Of a stretch of 33,165 bases of DNA, positions 22,414-33,165 are shown piece by piece. Position numbers and translations under genes: made by a program. Numbering within the stretch: position 1 is the stretch's first letter; the number at the start of each line of letters is the position of its first letter. The notes under the pieces are model-generated. The model saw nothing but the letters and a program-made list of their open reading frames with translations, was not told where the DNA came from and searched no databases. Source of the stretch: Ancylonema sp. (lineage: Eukaryota); the NCBI GenBank assembly GCA_050230475.1, contig JBFLGF010000064.1, positions 62,001 through 95,165 on the forward strand, written 5' to 3'.

Positions 22414-24163
22414 ATAAATGTGGCGATAAGCGAAAATTATAATCTGCTATTAACATAGGTGCATGTTGATACAAAATTTCTTGTAAATGCTGGGGATGTT
22501 GTTGATTGTTTTATTAATAGTTTCGGTTGCTCAACAACGGTAATGAATGAGGCTAGGGCTGGGTTTAACAAACTTGAAATTCTCCCCTTTTCCATATCAA
22601 CCTTTGAGGCAATTATCAATTTCATTAATTAGTTTGTAACTGACCAAAAAAATATCTCTACATGGCCATATCATATCGCTCGACACATAGGTGACCTTCA
22701 AAATCAACTATTGACGACGATATTACAGTATTTCACACAAAATCATATATGTGCTCCAAACTATTGTTTCTTTGTGTATGGGTTTATGCTGTGGCTATCT
22801 TCATGCATTATCTATTTATCCATCTTTGTTGATTTCATGAACATACATTCGAGGCACCAATAATAAGCATCTTAAGCAAACCTAACCCTTGACTTTAACA
22901 TGAAGATTTATAATATGGATAAATCGATGTACTTAAATGTATTATTGTTTTAGTAAACCATGAAAAAAAGGACCCCATATTTTTTACAAACCCTCATCAT
23001 CTGATTTATCCTAACAATTGATACTCTCTCGCTCCCCATACAATATGAAACCACAAAAACCGTACGATTAGACACAACATCAGAACTCTATAGATACAAT
23101 AATCGGTTTTGAAACCCATGCACCTTGTCGACATGTGCATACAAAGGTTCAACTAATACAACACCCCTCATGGCCTAATTACCACAAACCGAAAAAATAT
23201 CGCTCCTAAATCACAACTTTAAAGCCGAAAATAATCATACAATTGGATGTACAACTATAACTTTAGAAATACAATAACCGTGTTTGAATCGCATCTACCT
23301 TCGTCCGTAAATCGTGTCCACGCTTCCAAAGTCCAAGACACGAACCGGCCCAAAAGAATTAGATTTTTTTATTCTTAATAATCACTTGTGAAGTGATCGG
23401 ATGGTTGTTACAACGACATGTTTGTCTAACCCTTACAAGTCAGGCTCTTGGACCAACTCGTTCACTACAATCAAACCATGCTTGATCTTGAGGTTGAAAT
23501 CGAGGTTAGATTTAAGTTCGTTCGATTAAAATATGGTAGAGGGGAGGGGGGAGGTTAGGCCTTGAAAAAAAACAACCGCAACCTAAGTGATTTTAGGCAT
23601 AGTTGCACCAAAAACGCGTCCGCATTTTGCAAATGCAAAACCTACAGACGCCAAAAAGGCACATTTTTCCGTTTGGTGGCAACACCACACGTTTTTGTGG
23701 ATGTCCAAACGGCTTATGGAGCAAACTTCCGTACAATTAAACGGCCATTTTTTTCCTTTTTTTCATTTTTTTTTTTTTTTTTAGGGCCCTCAAAGGTAGG
23801 TTTTTTGGTTCCTTTTTTTTTTTTTTTTTTTTTTTTCATTTTATCCTCATTTTCCGTTACAAATATACCATCAGTAATATTATTCTTCCAACCATTTTCA
23901 TCAATCTCCTATCCTTTGTACACTATTTCTTCTATCTAACACGAACCCATTTCTAATTTCTTCATCTTTTTTCCATCATTCTTCACCTCCTCCTTCTTCA
24001 AGGATAAGTCAATCCATTCATCCATCGCATGATGTCATTCGTAAAAAAAATTGATCTTGATGGGGAAAACGTATTCCGATCTTGCAAAAAATCATCATCA
24101 AATTTTCCTACAAAATAATTGACATCTGGCGTTTATTATTTTTACTTCCCATCGTCTTCCTCT

Positions 24164-24925
24164 CAGGGATGCACCGGGACGGCAAAAATGTCTGCAAACG
24201 CCGTTTTGCAAACGCGGACGTACGGAATACGTCCGTACGGCAAAAGTGTTGCAAACGTTTGCATGTCGAAAACGTCCGCAAATTTATTCCTAGATAGGCC
24301 CGTTCCCGGCTAAGCCGTAAACTCATCATATCCGGCGGACTGTCTATTTTGTCGTACCCCCAGTTTGTCCCCGTCAGTTTGTTGTACCCCCGTTTATGTC
24401 ATCATTACATCTCCCTCGTGTTTTCCCTGTCCCCGTCGTTTTGTCCTGTAGCACGTCCCTATTCTGTCGTGTTCTCCGTTCCACCATCGTATCTTGGCCC
24501 GTAGCCCGTTCTCCCCGCTCGATCATAGATTCTTTTTGTCGTGTGTGAGACAGAATCTTTCAGTTTTCTGAAATATCTGCCTCTGACGGGGGTGAGCGTC
24601 GTTCACGACCCTGTCCCATCCCCCGATGCCGTCCGAATCCCCTGTTGTCAGAAGATTCTGTACACATTCACGACCGAATCTACCTGTATTTCAAAAAAAA
24701 TCCGGAATCATTGGTACGAACATATACGGACATATATGGACTGTACGGACGCAAACGTTTGCAAGCGCAAACTTTTGCATCCGTACAGTCCGTACCCGTT
24801 TTTGCCGCATTTCACGGCCGTATTCCGGACGTTTGCGGGCAAATCCGTACGCCGTTTGCATTTGCCAGGGCCGGCAGATTGCCCTCGGGCCCCGGGAAAA
24901 CGGGCCCCGGCCCGGTGCATCACTG
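24164..24925. mobile_element. hAT-like MITE (762 bp)
   Basis: TIR CAGGGATGCACCGGG versus CAGTGATGCACCGGG (14/15). Subterminal GCAAACG and CCGTAC/GTACGG repeats at both ends. No exact TSD. Confidence 0.75.
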
Positions 24926-25260
24926 CTCCTGTCCCCGTCGGATCCTCGCCTCTTCCATCGCATCGATCTCAGAATTAGTTGTTGTTTAGGCTTTGCTAGC
25001 GCCCCCAGAGTTAGCACGTGTAGAGGATGGTTCGAGAACCGAGCATGCCAGATATGCCTTCTATGCCTTTTGATTACCAAACCGGGGTTGTTAAGGTTAA
25101 CGTTAAAATTCATCATTTCAAGGTTTGAACTTTAAGGCTGCCCATACCGAAATGTGGCAATATGCGAGAAATATACTTGCCCTGCGGCACGTTTTTTTAT
25201 AATTTTAGGGCTTAAATTTTTAAATTCCTGCCTAAATCTAAGTCACGTGCCTCTTGCAAC

Positions 25261-26187
25261 TAGGGTGGCGGTAACCCGCATTTTTTTTGTCCGGTATAAA
25301 AATAACCCGCACATACCCCCAAGTAACCCGCAAATACCCTAGCGTACTCCTAATTACCCCTCAAAACCCCTTAAAGACCCGGAAATGTCCCCCAAAAACC
25401 TCAAATATCCGGTGTAACCCTATAATCCTAACATGCCCTGAGGGTATTTTACCCTATCAAAGGCTAGAAAAAAGTCCCATTTTTTTTTTTTTTTAAATGT
25501 ACTTGAATGGTAAGAAAGTCTTTTTGAAAGACACGCAATTGTAAAGCCTAGACGTTGTATACGCTAGTATTTGACGGTATCGTTGTAAATAACATGGAGC
25601 ATGTCAACCATAGTGATTCGGTCATCTTATTCTTCCGAAATATCCATATTGCGCCGAAAATGTTCCACACATTTCTCATGAGATGGTTCTTCTTCACCAT
25701 CTGACTCTTGCATATCAAGTGACATGTCCATGACGAAAAATGGTTGCTACTGTGTCCCCAAGCCTCAAGAAAAAAACTAGCCACCCACCCACATAGTTAT
25801 CCACGACCTCTACACAAGTCTCATCCAACTAGCCTCAAGACTCTCTAAGCCGCCAGCGACATCTTGTCGTCGACAAAGGGGATAGGGTTCGCGTGGTTTT
25901 CAACAAGGTTTTCTAGGCCACTCCCAGGCCGCACGGATTCGTAATAGAAAATTAGATACCTATAAATGACAAAAAAATCCCGGAAGAACCTACTATCACC
26001 TACCCTGATGTATCCTGGAATACCCTTAAATACCCCTCAAATACCCTCATATACCTTGGGGTCTTCCGGGTATTTTCGGGTACGAGGGTTATTGCGGGTT
26101 TTTAACCCGGTTTTCGGATGCCGGGTTATTTGCGGGTTAATACCTCAGGGTTACGGGTTAAGAGTTTTCCGGGTTTAAGGCAGCCTG
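25261..26187. mobile_element. hAT-like MITE with AACCCG/CGGGTT subterminal repeats
   Basis: Left end TAGGGTGGCGGTAACCCG versus right-end reverse complement CAGGCTGCCTTAAACCCG (12/18). Flanks CTTGCAAC / CTTGATCC match 5/8, read as a decayed 8-bp TSD. Confidence 0.65.
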
Positions 26188-26209
26188 CTTGATCCCCTTA
26201 AAACCGCTC

Positions 26210-26908
26210 ATTATTCGCCCCCCGGGCGCGAGTTTTTCGAACGTCGTCGAAACGTGGGCGGANAAGCCGGCGCGCGTCCTCGAGCCGCCTCGCAAAAACG
26301 AAACATCGAAATGCGACAAAGTAAAAATCCTTCTCCGCCAAGCAGGTAGTTACTAGTTACCGATAACTTCGGGTAGTACGTCCCGAACATAGTAACCATA
26401 TTCTGATGGTTACTAGAGACCGGTATTTTTTTTGGCAACTGAAAGATTCTGTACAAAATCTTGAAGATCTTCTGACATTCCGGGAATCGGACGACATTTG
26501 GGGGAGGGCCGGGGCGGTGAACAACGCTCACCCGTCAGATGCGGGATTCTTCAAAAACTGACAGATTCTGTGGGGCAAACGACAAACTGAACACACATTA
26601 CGGAAAAACGGTACCGACAACGATGGTACGGAAAATTACGATGAACGGGAGACGTTCTAAACGACAAAATTGTAGCTTGCAAACGACAAGGGGGAATTGT
26701 GAACGGGGACGGGATAATGACGGGAGACAGTGACGTGATACGGTTGTTATGAAACAGTAGTGCGCAAGGACAATAGTCAACCGCTTCGCGGGGGACGGGG
26801 CTACCAATTGTTTTTTTTTTGTTTTTCCTGTGGTTCCCGCTCCGCTCGCGGATTTTGCGAGCCCGGCTCCGAGCCGGCGCGCATTTTTCCCGGCTCGGGG
26901 ACCCACTA
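26210..26908. mobile_element. Probable MITE related to the 24164-24925 element (boundaries uncertain)
   Basis: 26466-26571 is an inverted homologue of 24550-24658. The right end reads TAGTGGGTCCCCGAGCCGG on the minus strand, a hAT-like terminus. Confidence 0.45.
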
Positions 26909-27083
26909 AGAGCACATCATTACAAGCATCGACATAACAAAAGTGCAAGCTTGAGGTAGAAAGTATTGATTACAAAATTGTGCGTGAAACAACAGAACAC
27001 CTAATACCGTGCACCTAGTGCAGCCGAGTGTAATCGATCAAACGTTATATTCAAAGATCTGATGACATCGACACTACTTTAGT

Positions 27084-28213
27084 CATAGTTGCACGGACCG
27101 GCGGACCGGGGTCCCGAGGTCCCGACTCCGGACCGAGGTCCGTCCTTTTGGGTAAAAAATACGGACCGGCTGTTTAGGATAATATCGGTTTTTCGGGGTT
27201 TTAAGGTGTTTTCCGTGGAGAAAAAACTCCGGAAGTATTTTTTTCGCAAATAAAATTAGATTTCACATCTTATTAAAATGTCAAAAAAATGTCAGGCCGA
27301 TCAAATAAGTAACCAAAACCAGCAATGCATCATTTTAGATCGCATTTTTCACCACTTTCGAGAGATATCACTTGGTCAAATGCTCATGGGTCATTTGGAA
27401 TGGTTACAAGTACTCCATTTTTTTTTTTTAATGTTCCATAGGTTACAATGTGATTCTGAAATGATGCTCATGTGAGGCTCAAAAAGATGTGATGAAGGGT
27501 CACCGTATCATGGAATTGAATAAAATTAGAAACACATATATCAAACATCATCCTGATTTTTTTTTCCACGCTCACAACCTTGTATTCAAACTTCTCTCCA
27601 CCTTTCAAATACATTCCTCACTTCTCACTTTCCTAGTTCTACATAATTAAATGGGTAACTTCCCTATCTAAAATCTACTTACCGTATCAAAATTTGTCCG
27701 TGCCTACAACCCCATACTTATATAAAACGGAAAAAAAAAAGTAACGACTTCTACACCCACAATTTTTGTTCTATTTTTACAATCATAACACTCTTCAATG
27801 TATACACCACCTTACATAACCCTCCTCTCCCCACTTCCCACTTCTCACTTGTCACTCCCCAAAAATCTTTCCTCACTCCGAATAACACACTTCCAACTAC
27901 CAACTTACACCAAAATTTCGGTCATTTTGTCGATTTTGAATTTCACCATCTCAATCAATGGACGGTTGGATATGAACATTCTATTTTACAATATTTATTT
28001 TTTTAATTTCGCTACAACTTCGCAAGCCAAAAATGACGCATGTATATCACACGTCTGAGGTACACAAAAAAATGAAGCCACACGTCATTTTTCCCCGCGG
28101 ACGCAGAGAAACCCTAAAAGTTCCCCGGTCTGACCGGGTCCCCACTCGGGACCCAGTCCGGCTCCAAGCTACCGCGGTCCGAAAATCCAATGTTGCCGGT
28201 CCGTGCAACTATG
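27084..28213. mobile_element. Non-autonomous hAT element (1130 bp)
   Basis: Perfect 19-bp TIR CATAGTTGCACGGACCGGC and perfect 8-bp TSD ACTTTAGT (27076-27083 and 28214-28221). GGACCG/CGGTCC subterminal repeats. Confidence 0.95.
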
Positions 28214-28397
28214 ACTTTAGTCAACACCAACCACAACTGGGCATTCTACCAGATCACCGAATCTTATCGACACTTGTGCTAGATGGCCAGATTTTGCGAA
28301 CACAATATTTGCTTTAAGTTCGGCCGGCATTTGCTACATAACGACAAAACTCAAACTTAAACAGACGAGATCTCATAAATCGATATAACGACAAAAG

Positions 28398-29945
28398 TAT
28401 TAGTTTTTAGGGTCTTTGAACTTTTGTCTTTATATCGATTTTAGGGCTTAAGTTTAGTTTTGTCGATTTTGTCGTTTTGCCCGTCGATATGATTGTGATG
28501 TTACTTGGCAGACGTGGCAGACGTGGCAGACGTGTCGATAAGAGTAGGCAACGTGTCGATAAGAACTAGTTGATGTGGCAGAATGCTTAGATATAACGAC
28601 AAAAGTTCACAGCCCCTAAAAACTAACACCCCCTCCCTGGGTACTTTTGTATTCCCCCTCTAAAAACGATAACCACAACGATATCGATTTTACAAACACA
28701 AGTCGACAAAATACTCACTAATACACCAACCCCACCAGATCACAATTCTTCTTCAACACCTTGACAGACACTGGTTTTGTCAACATATCAGCCTGGTCTT
28801 CATTCTTGACAAACTGAAACTGTAGACTGATCTTTTTCTTGGACACCCACTCTCGAATGGAATGATAATACTTGATCTCGATGTGTTTGGAGCGATTGTG
28901 AAAAACAGGATTCTCAGCAAGATTCAAAGAACTCTCATTGTCTCCCAGCAATAGCAATAGCACACCCCCCCCACCAATCCCACCAATACCCAACTACTCC
29001 TTTTGCATCTGGCTCTGGCTCAAATAAATGGCCTCATCCTCACCTCATGTCCAGCAGCACTCAATGCCAAATACTTACTTTCACAGCTTGAGTGTGTGAC
29101 TGTTTCCAGGAGACCATTTTTCCAGCTCACAGCAGCTCCTCCACTAAGAAAGACGTAGCGAGTTCTCCCCTTCCTAGTGTCGACGTCGTCACCATGACTA
29201 GCATCTGAGTAACCGATGACTGGCAAATCACCTTTTTTCTTATACATCAGCCCCAAATTGACAGTTTCCTTGAGATATCGCAAAACTCTCTTTACCCCCT
29301 CCCAATGCTTGTCCCCTGGCTGCTGACTGTATCGACACAAGGAGTTAACAGCAGCTGTCAGATCAGGTCTTGTTCCAGAAGTGAGATACATAGCCCACAC
29401 CCTCTATTCCAACAGATCCAGAAGCAGATTCACAGTTCCTTCATCAAGAGCCCCAAAATTTACAAAAATTTAGACCCCCACTTACACACGGGTAGCAATT
29501 GAGCTGCAATCATGCCAAACTACATTGGCAGCTCTTTTGCACACTTTTCCTAACACAAAAACACATTCTCATCTAACGGTAGTCTGATTTTCAGCCCTAG
29601 CATAAATGTCTCCTCTCCTAGATACTTCATGTTGTACCTCCGATTCAGCCCACCCGTCAAACCAAATATCTTGTCGAGCCCGATGCATAATAAAAACAAG
29701 TCATCCACATACAGCGCCAAATAGAGAGCATCGTCTCCCTCTCCCATAATGCAAATACCAAAATCTGATTTGCCACCAGATTCACCTGATTCCATGTGCC
29801 TCTTTATGCCCACACCACAACCTTTTCAGTATTCCACACCTGATCCTTAATATTCCAGCAAACAACGTCATCATCTGATCTTCTTGGCTTACTCGAAATC
29901 TTTGATGTATACATTCTCTGACGATCTATATAAACTCTTTCTTTT
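28398..29945 (-). mobile_element. Ty1/copia element D (different family): degenerate RT-RNase H, PPT and short 3' LTR; cut by element C
   Basis: LYVDDL, TRPDL, GYSDAS, RSKHIEIKY and QADMLTKP. PPT AGGGAGGGGG immediately before TGTTAG starting at 28628. Confidence 0.9.
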
Positions 29946-30773
29946 TGTTATAAACCGACAGCTTCTCATCGACTCTTAAATAATTCAACTTTTCTATTGC
30001 AATCTCCCGAAGTTATGGTGTCGTAGCGCTAAATATCGGTAGCTTATCGCGGATACGCCCACGTTGTAGCCGATTAGTTACTGGTAGATACGCCCTTGCC
30101 ATAACCAAGTAGCTTGCAATCGTTATAGCGAGTTACATGTCACCTCTATAACGCGGGACCGTAAGACGAATGACCCTCCGTTGACGGTACCTTCTTGATT
30201 GGCTATAGTAGATTTTCTCGTAAGCGTAACGACGATTGCTTGGCTCCGATTTCGCACGTGCGTGGGTGCCTCCCCCACCGCACTAGAATAGGGACAGGCC
30301 TTATAAAGATTTGTCACTTGACAATGAAGCGCACAAGTTCAATGCTTTACAAACAAGACAAATAACCGTACGGTAAAGCAACAACGTTTTGGTATGATGG
30401 TGAAATGTAATTAGAAAAGTCTTCTCGTCGGGCTAATGTACCCGACGAGGCGACAACGGTACAGTGATTATTGGTTACTTTTCTATCCGACGGTCGGAAC
30501 TATCGACCGTCGTCGTGCCACCGCACGTGTGTCCACGGCGACATGCCGGAATCGACTGTCACCACACAAATCCAGCTAGTGGTGTGGTGACACCGCCTAG
30601 TATTCTACAACGACTACGAGCTAGGTCAAGTCCGTACAAGTGTGGACGCGCCGTGTGCGGACGGAGACCCGGGTATAGCATTCCCGGCTCCGTGTCCTAA
30701 AAGACTCTAAGGCAATTAGTCGGACAAGGCAAACAAGTTATTAGATGTGCCTATCCGAATCCAATTCCTAACA
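29946..30773 (-). repeat. 3' LTR of copia C (828 bp)
   Basis: Minus strand reads TGTTA...TAACA. Start TGTTAGGAATTGGATTCGGATAGG resembles LTRs A and B, and the end TTATAACA matches LTR A. Confidence 0.85.
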
Positions 30774-33165
30774 CACCCCCTCGGATGCACAGCCTTGCTT
30801 GGCATGTCTAGTGCAAAGGAGGACTACCCTACAATGTAGCCGGGTAGTTGGTCTTCCCTAGTCGAATATCAAACTAGGGGCTCTTAACTAAGTCATCCCA
30901 AATCATCTGCGCTAGAACTTGAAGCGCTCCCGCTCCTTGTCATTTTTCGGGCCGAAGCCCTGAACATTCAAACAAAAACAACAAGTTAGTCGAAAAACAA
31001 AAATAGAAAAGTTTATTTTTCACTTTCCAGTTTTGAGTCAGAAAATTCAAATTTTCATAACGTTTTGAAAACATAACAAAACAATCTCAGATTTTGACAA
31101 AACACTCACAAATACAATAGAAACATATACGCCAAAATCTAGCTTCATAATAGTTCACATGCAAAAGTTCAATTTTCAGACTTTAACTTTTTCACATTTT
31201 TTTGGACTTGAAACACCTTTGAGGTTGAGAGTTGGAAGGGACTCAACTTTGAAAACAATAGTAGTCCTCCACTCTGCATCACACAAATCACCCCCTGCAA
31301 GACGAGGCACTAGATCCGAAAGCTCCGCACCAGCACCACCCGTTTATTTGACTTTTCCAAAACCTACAAACTTCGTATGCATATCTAGCAAGAGTTGTGG
31401 CAAGGCCTTAGTCAACATATCTGCAGGGTGCAGTTCCCCACTAAGATGCGCATATCTCAGTCTACCCTTCCTGTGGCACTCCCTCACCGAGTGATAGACC
31501 ACGTTAAAGTGTTTGGCCTTCTGGTGTTGGACAGGGTTGATGATCATGGACAAGGCTGAGTTTGAGTCAGTATGAACATTAATCTGAAGTGGCATCTTAA
31601 GCTCATGCAAGAGCGACTTAAGGTAGCAGCACTCTTTACTGACACTACATGCTGCATATACTCTACCTCTGCCGTACTCTGTGCCACGGTGGATTGCTTT
31701 TGACTCTTCCAGATGAGGGTTGTCGCTCCTACGGTGGTGACCCATCCTGTGACTGACTTAGCTGTCATGGGGCAACTGTTGTAACTGGCATCACAAAACC
31801 CTTTAATTTCCAACTTTTTCTTCCCTACAAACGTATGACCTTGATCCTGAGTACCCTTTAGATAGCGGAAGAGATGGTGAAGTGCCTTGATATGATTAGG
31901 GCCTGGGTTGGACATGTGTTTTTCTAGCACCCCTACAGTGTACGCAATGTCTAACCAGGTATGTTTCATAGCATAGATTAAACTTCCTATCTTCCCTCTA
32001 AAGTCTGTGATGGCTTCAGGGCTAGGGGGGGAGGAGGGTTCATCACTTAGGGAGAATTGGGTTCCAGGGGCAAGGGGGAGTTTGGTGGGGTTACAATCCC
32101 CCATACCATACCGATCGAGCACTTGCCGCACGTACCCACCCTGAAAAAGCGTTAGCATCCTGCACCCCCTGTCACGTCTCACTTCCACCCCCAGGATATG
32201 GGTTAGGGGTCCTAAGTCTTTCATTTTAAAAGCTGACCCTGACTCCTTCTTGAACTCTGCAATGACCTTCTTGTTTGGACCTACAATGACCTGATCATCT
32301 ACATGAATACCCAAAATAATCCTACTCTGATCCTCACCCCTAGTATATATACAAGTGTCCACGATAGATTGTTTGAACCCCACTTTCAGCATCAACACAG
32401 TAAACATTTTAGCCCAGAGGTGGCTACTCTGTTGAAAGCCATACAGGGCACCTTGCACTCGTAACACCTTGCCCTCACTACCACGTGGGATTTTCATACC
32501 CAGGGGAATCGTCATGTAAACCTCTTTGTCTAGCTTGTCATGCAAAAAGGCACTCACTACGTCCATACCCTCAATCTCCCAGTCATACTGGCTAGCTATA
32601 GCAAGTAGCAAGGAAATAGAGGTACTATCTACGACAGGTGCAAAAACCTCGTTATAGTCTACACCCTCTTGTTGAAAGAAACCCTGAGCTACCAACCTAG
32701 CCCTATGCCTCTCGATCTCACCTGAAGGCAAGAGTTTGAGTTTGAAAACGTACTTACAGCCAACAGGCCGCTTTCCGGGGGGAAGCACACACATTTCGAA
32801 GGTTTTGAAGTCCTCACCGTAGCTCAGTCTGAATCGCGTCCTCCCACTCCTGCCTGTCATGTTTGTTCTTTGCTTGGTTAAGGGTGAGTGGGTCAGAAGA
32901 GTTAGTTGTCTAGCTAGCAAGAACACAACCTGGATCAACTGGCCCATTAAAACCCGTGAAAAAACAGGAAGGCTCACAGTTGTCAACGGGCATCTGCCCA
33001 TATGCAATAGCGTCAATGGCATCCTCATCTAGCTCTTCCCCATCACATCAACACACATCCCCAAACTCGGCAAAGTTTATCCTTCGCCTCGCCATCACGC
33101 GATCCGCGATGCTCTGCACCTCCACCCACGCTTCAGCACCCCCTCCTCCTCATCTCCACCCCCCA
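29946..33165 (-). mobile_element. Ty1/copia element C (same family as A and B), 3' half; continues beyond the right edge
   Basis: RT motifs RARLVAQGF, MDVVSAFL and IHVDD, RNase H motifs GFCDAS and ADMLTK with a frameshift near 31650. PPT GAGGGGGTG ends at 30774. Confidence 0.95.

Noticed and set aside
24541..25135. Overlapping 114-169 aa ORFs on both strands
   Set aside because: They arise from GC-rich MITE subterminal repeats and contain no protein motifs.

Overview
Eukaryotic, repeat-dense window, most consistent with a streptophyte (charophyte alga or bryophyte-like) nuclear genome; this is inferred from a plant-type eIF1A, a plant-family host gene and the retroelement types. Only one apparently intact host gene is present: a two-exon gene (5839-7749, +) of the plant At3g11760/At5g04860-like family, whose C-terminal domain carries a Cys/His/Asp pattern suggestive of a papain-fold protease. 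Nearly everything else is degenerate or nested mobile DNA: a Gypsy gag remnant, a Gypsy-type polyprotein remnant in which a retropepsin is followed by a C5-cytosine DNA methyltransferase (1330-3195), an eIF1A pseudogene, a long LTR flanked by both a PPT-like and a PBS-like sequence, four Ty1/copia elements (three of one family sharing LTR sequence; two of these also share a structured 3' UTR), a Gypsy RNase H-integrase fragment, a solo LTR and several hAT- or mariner-type MITEs. Family assignments come from recalled motifs, not database searches. Boundaries without a TSD are approximate.
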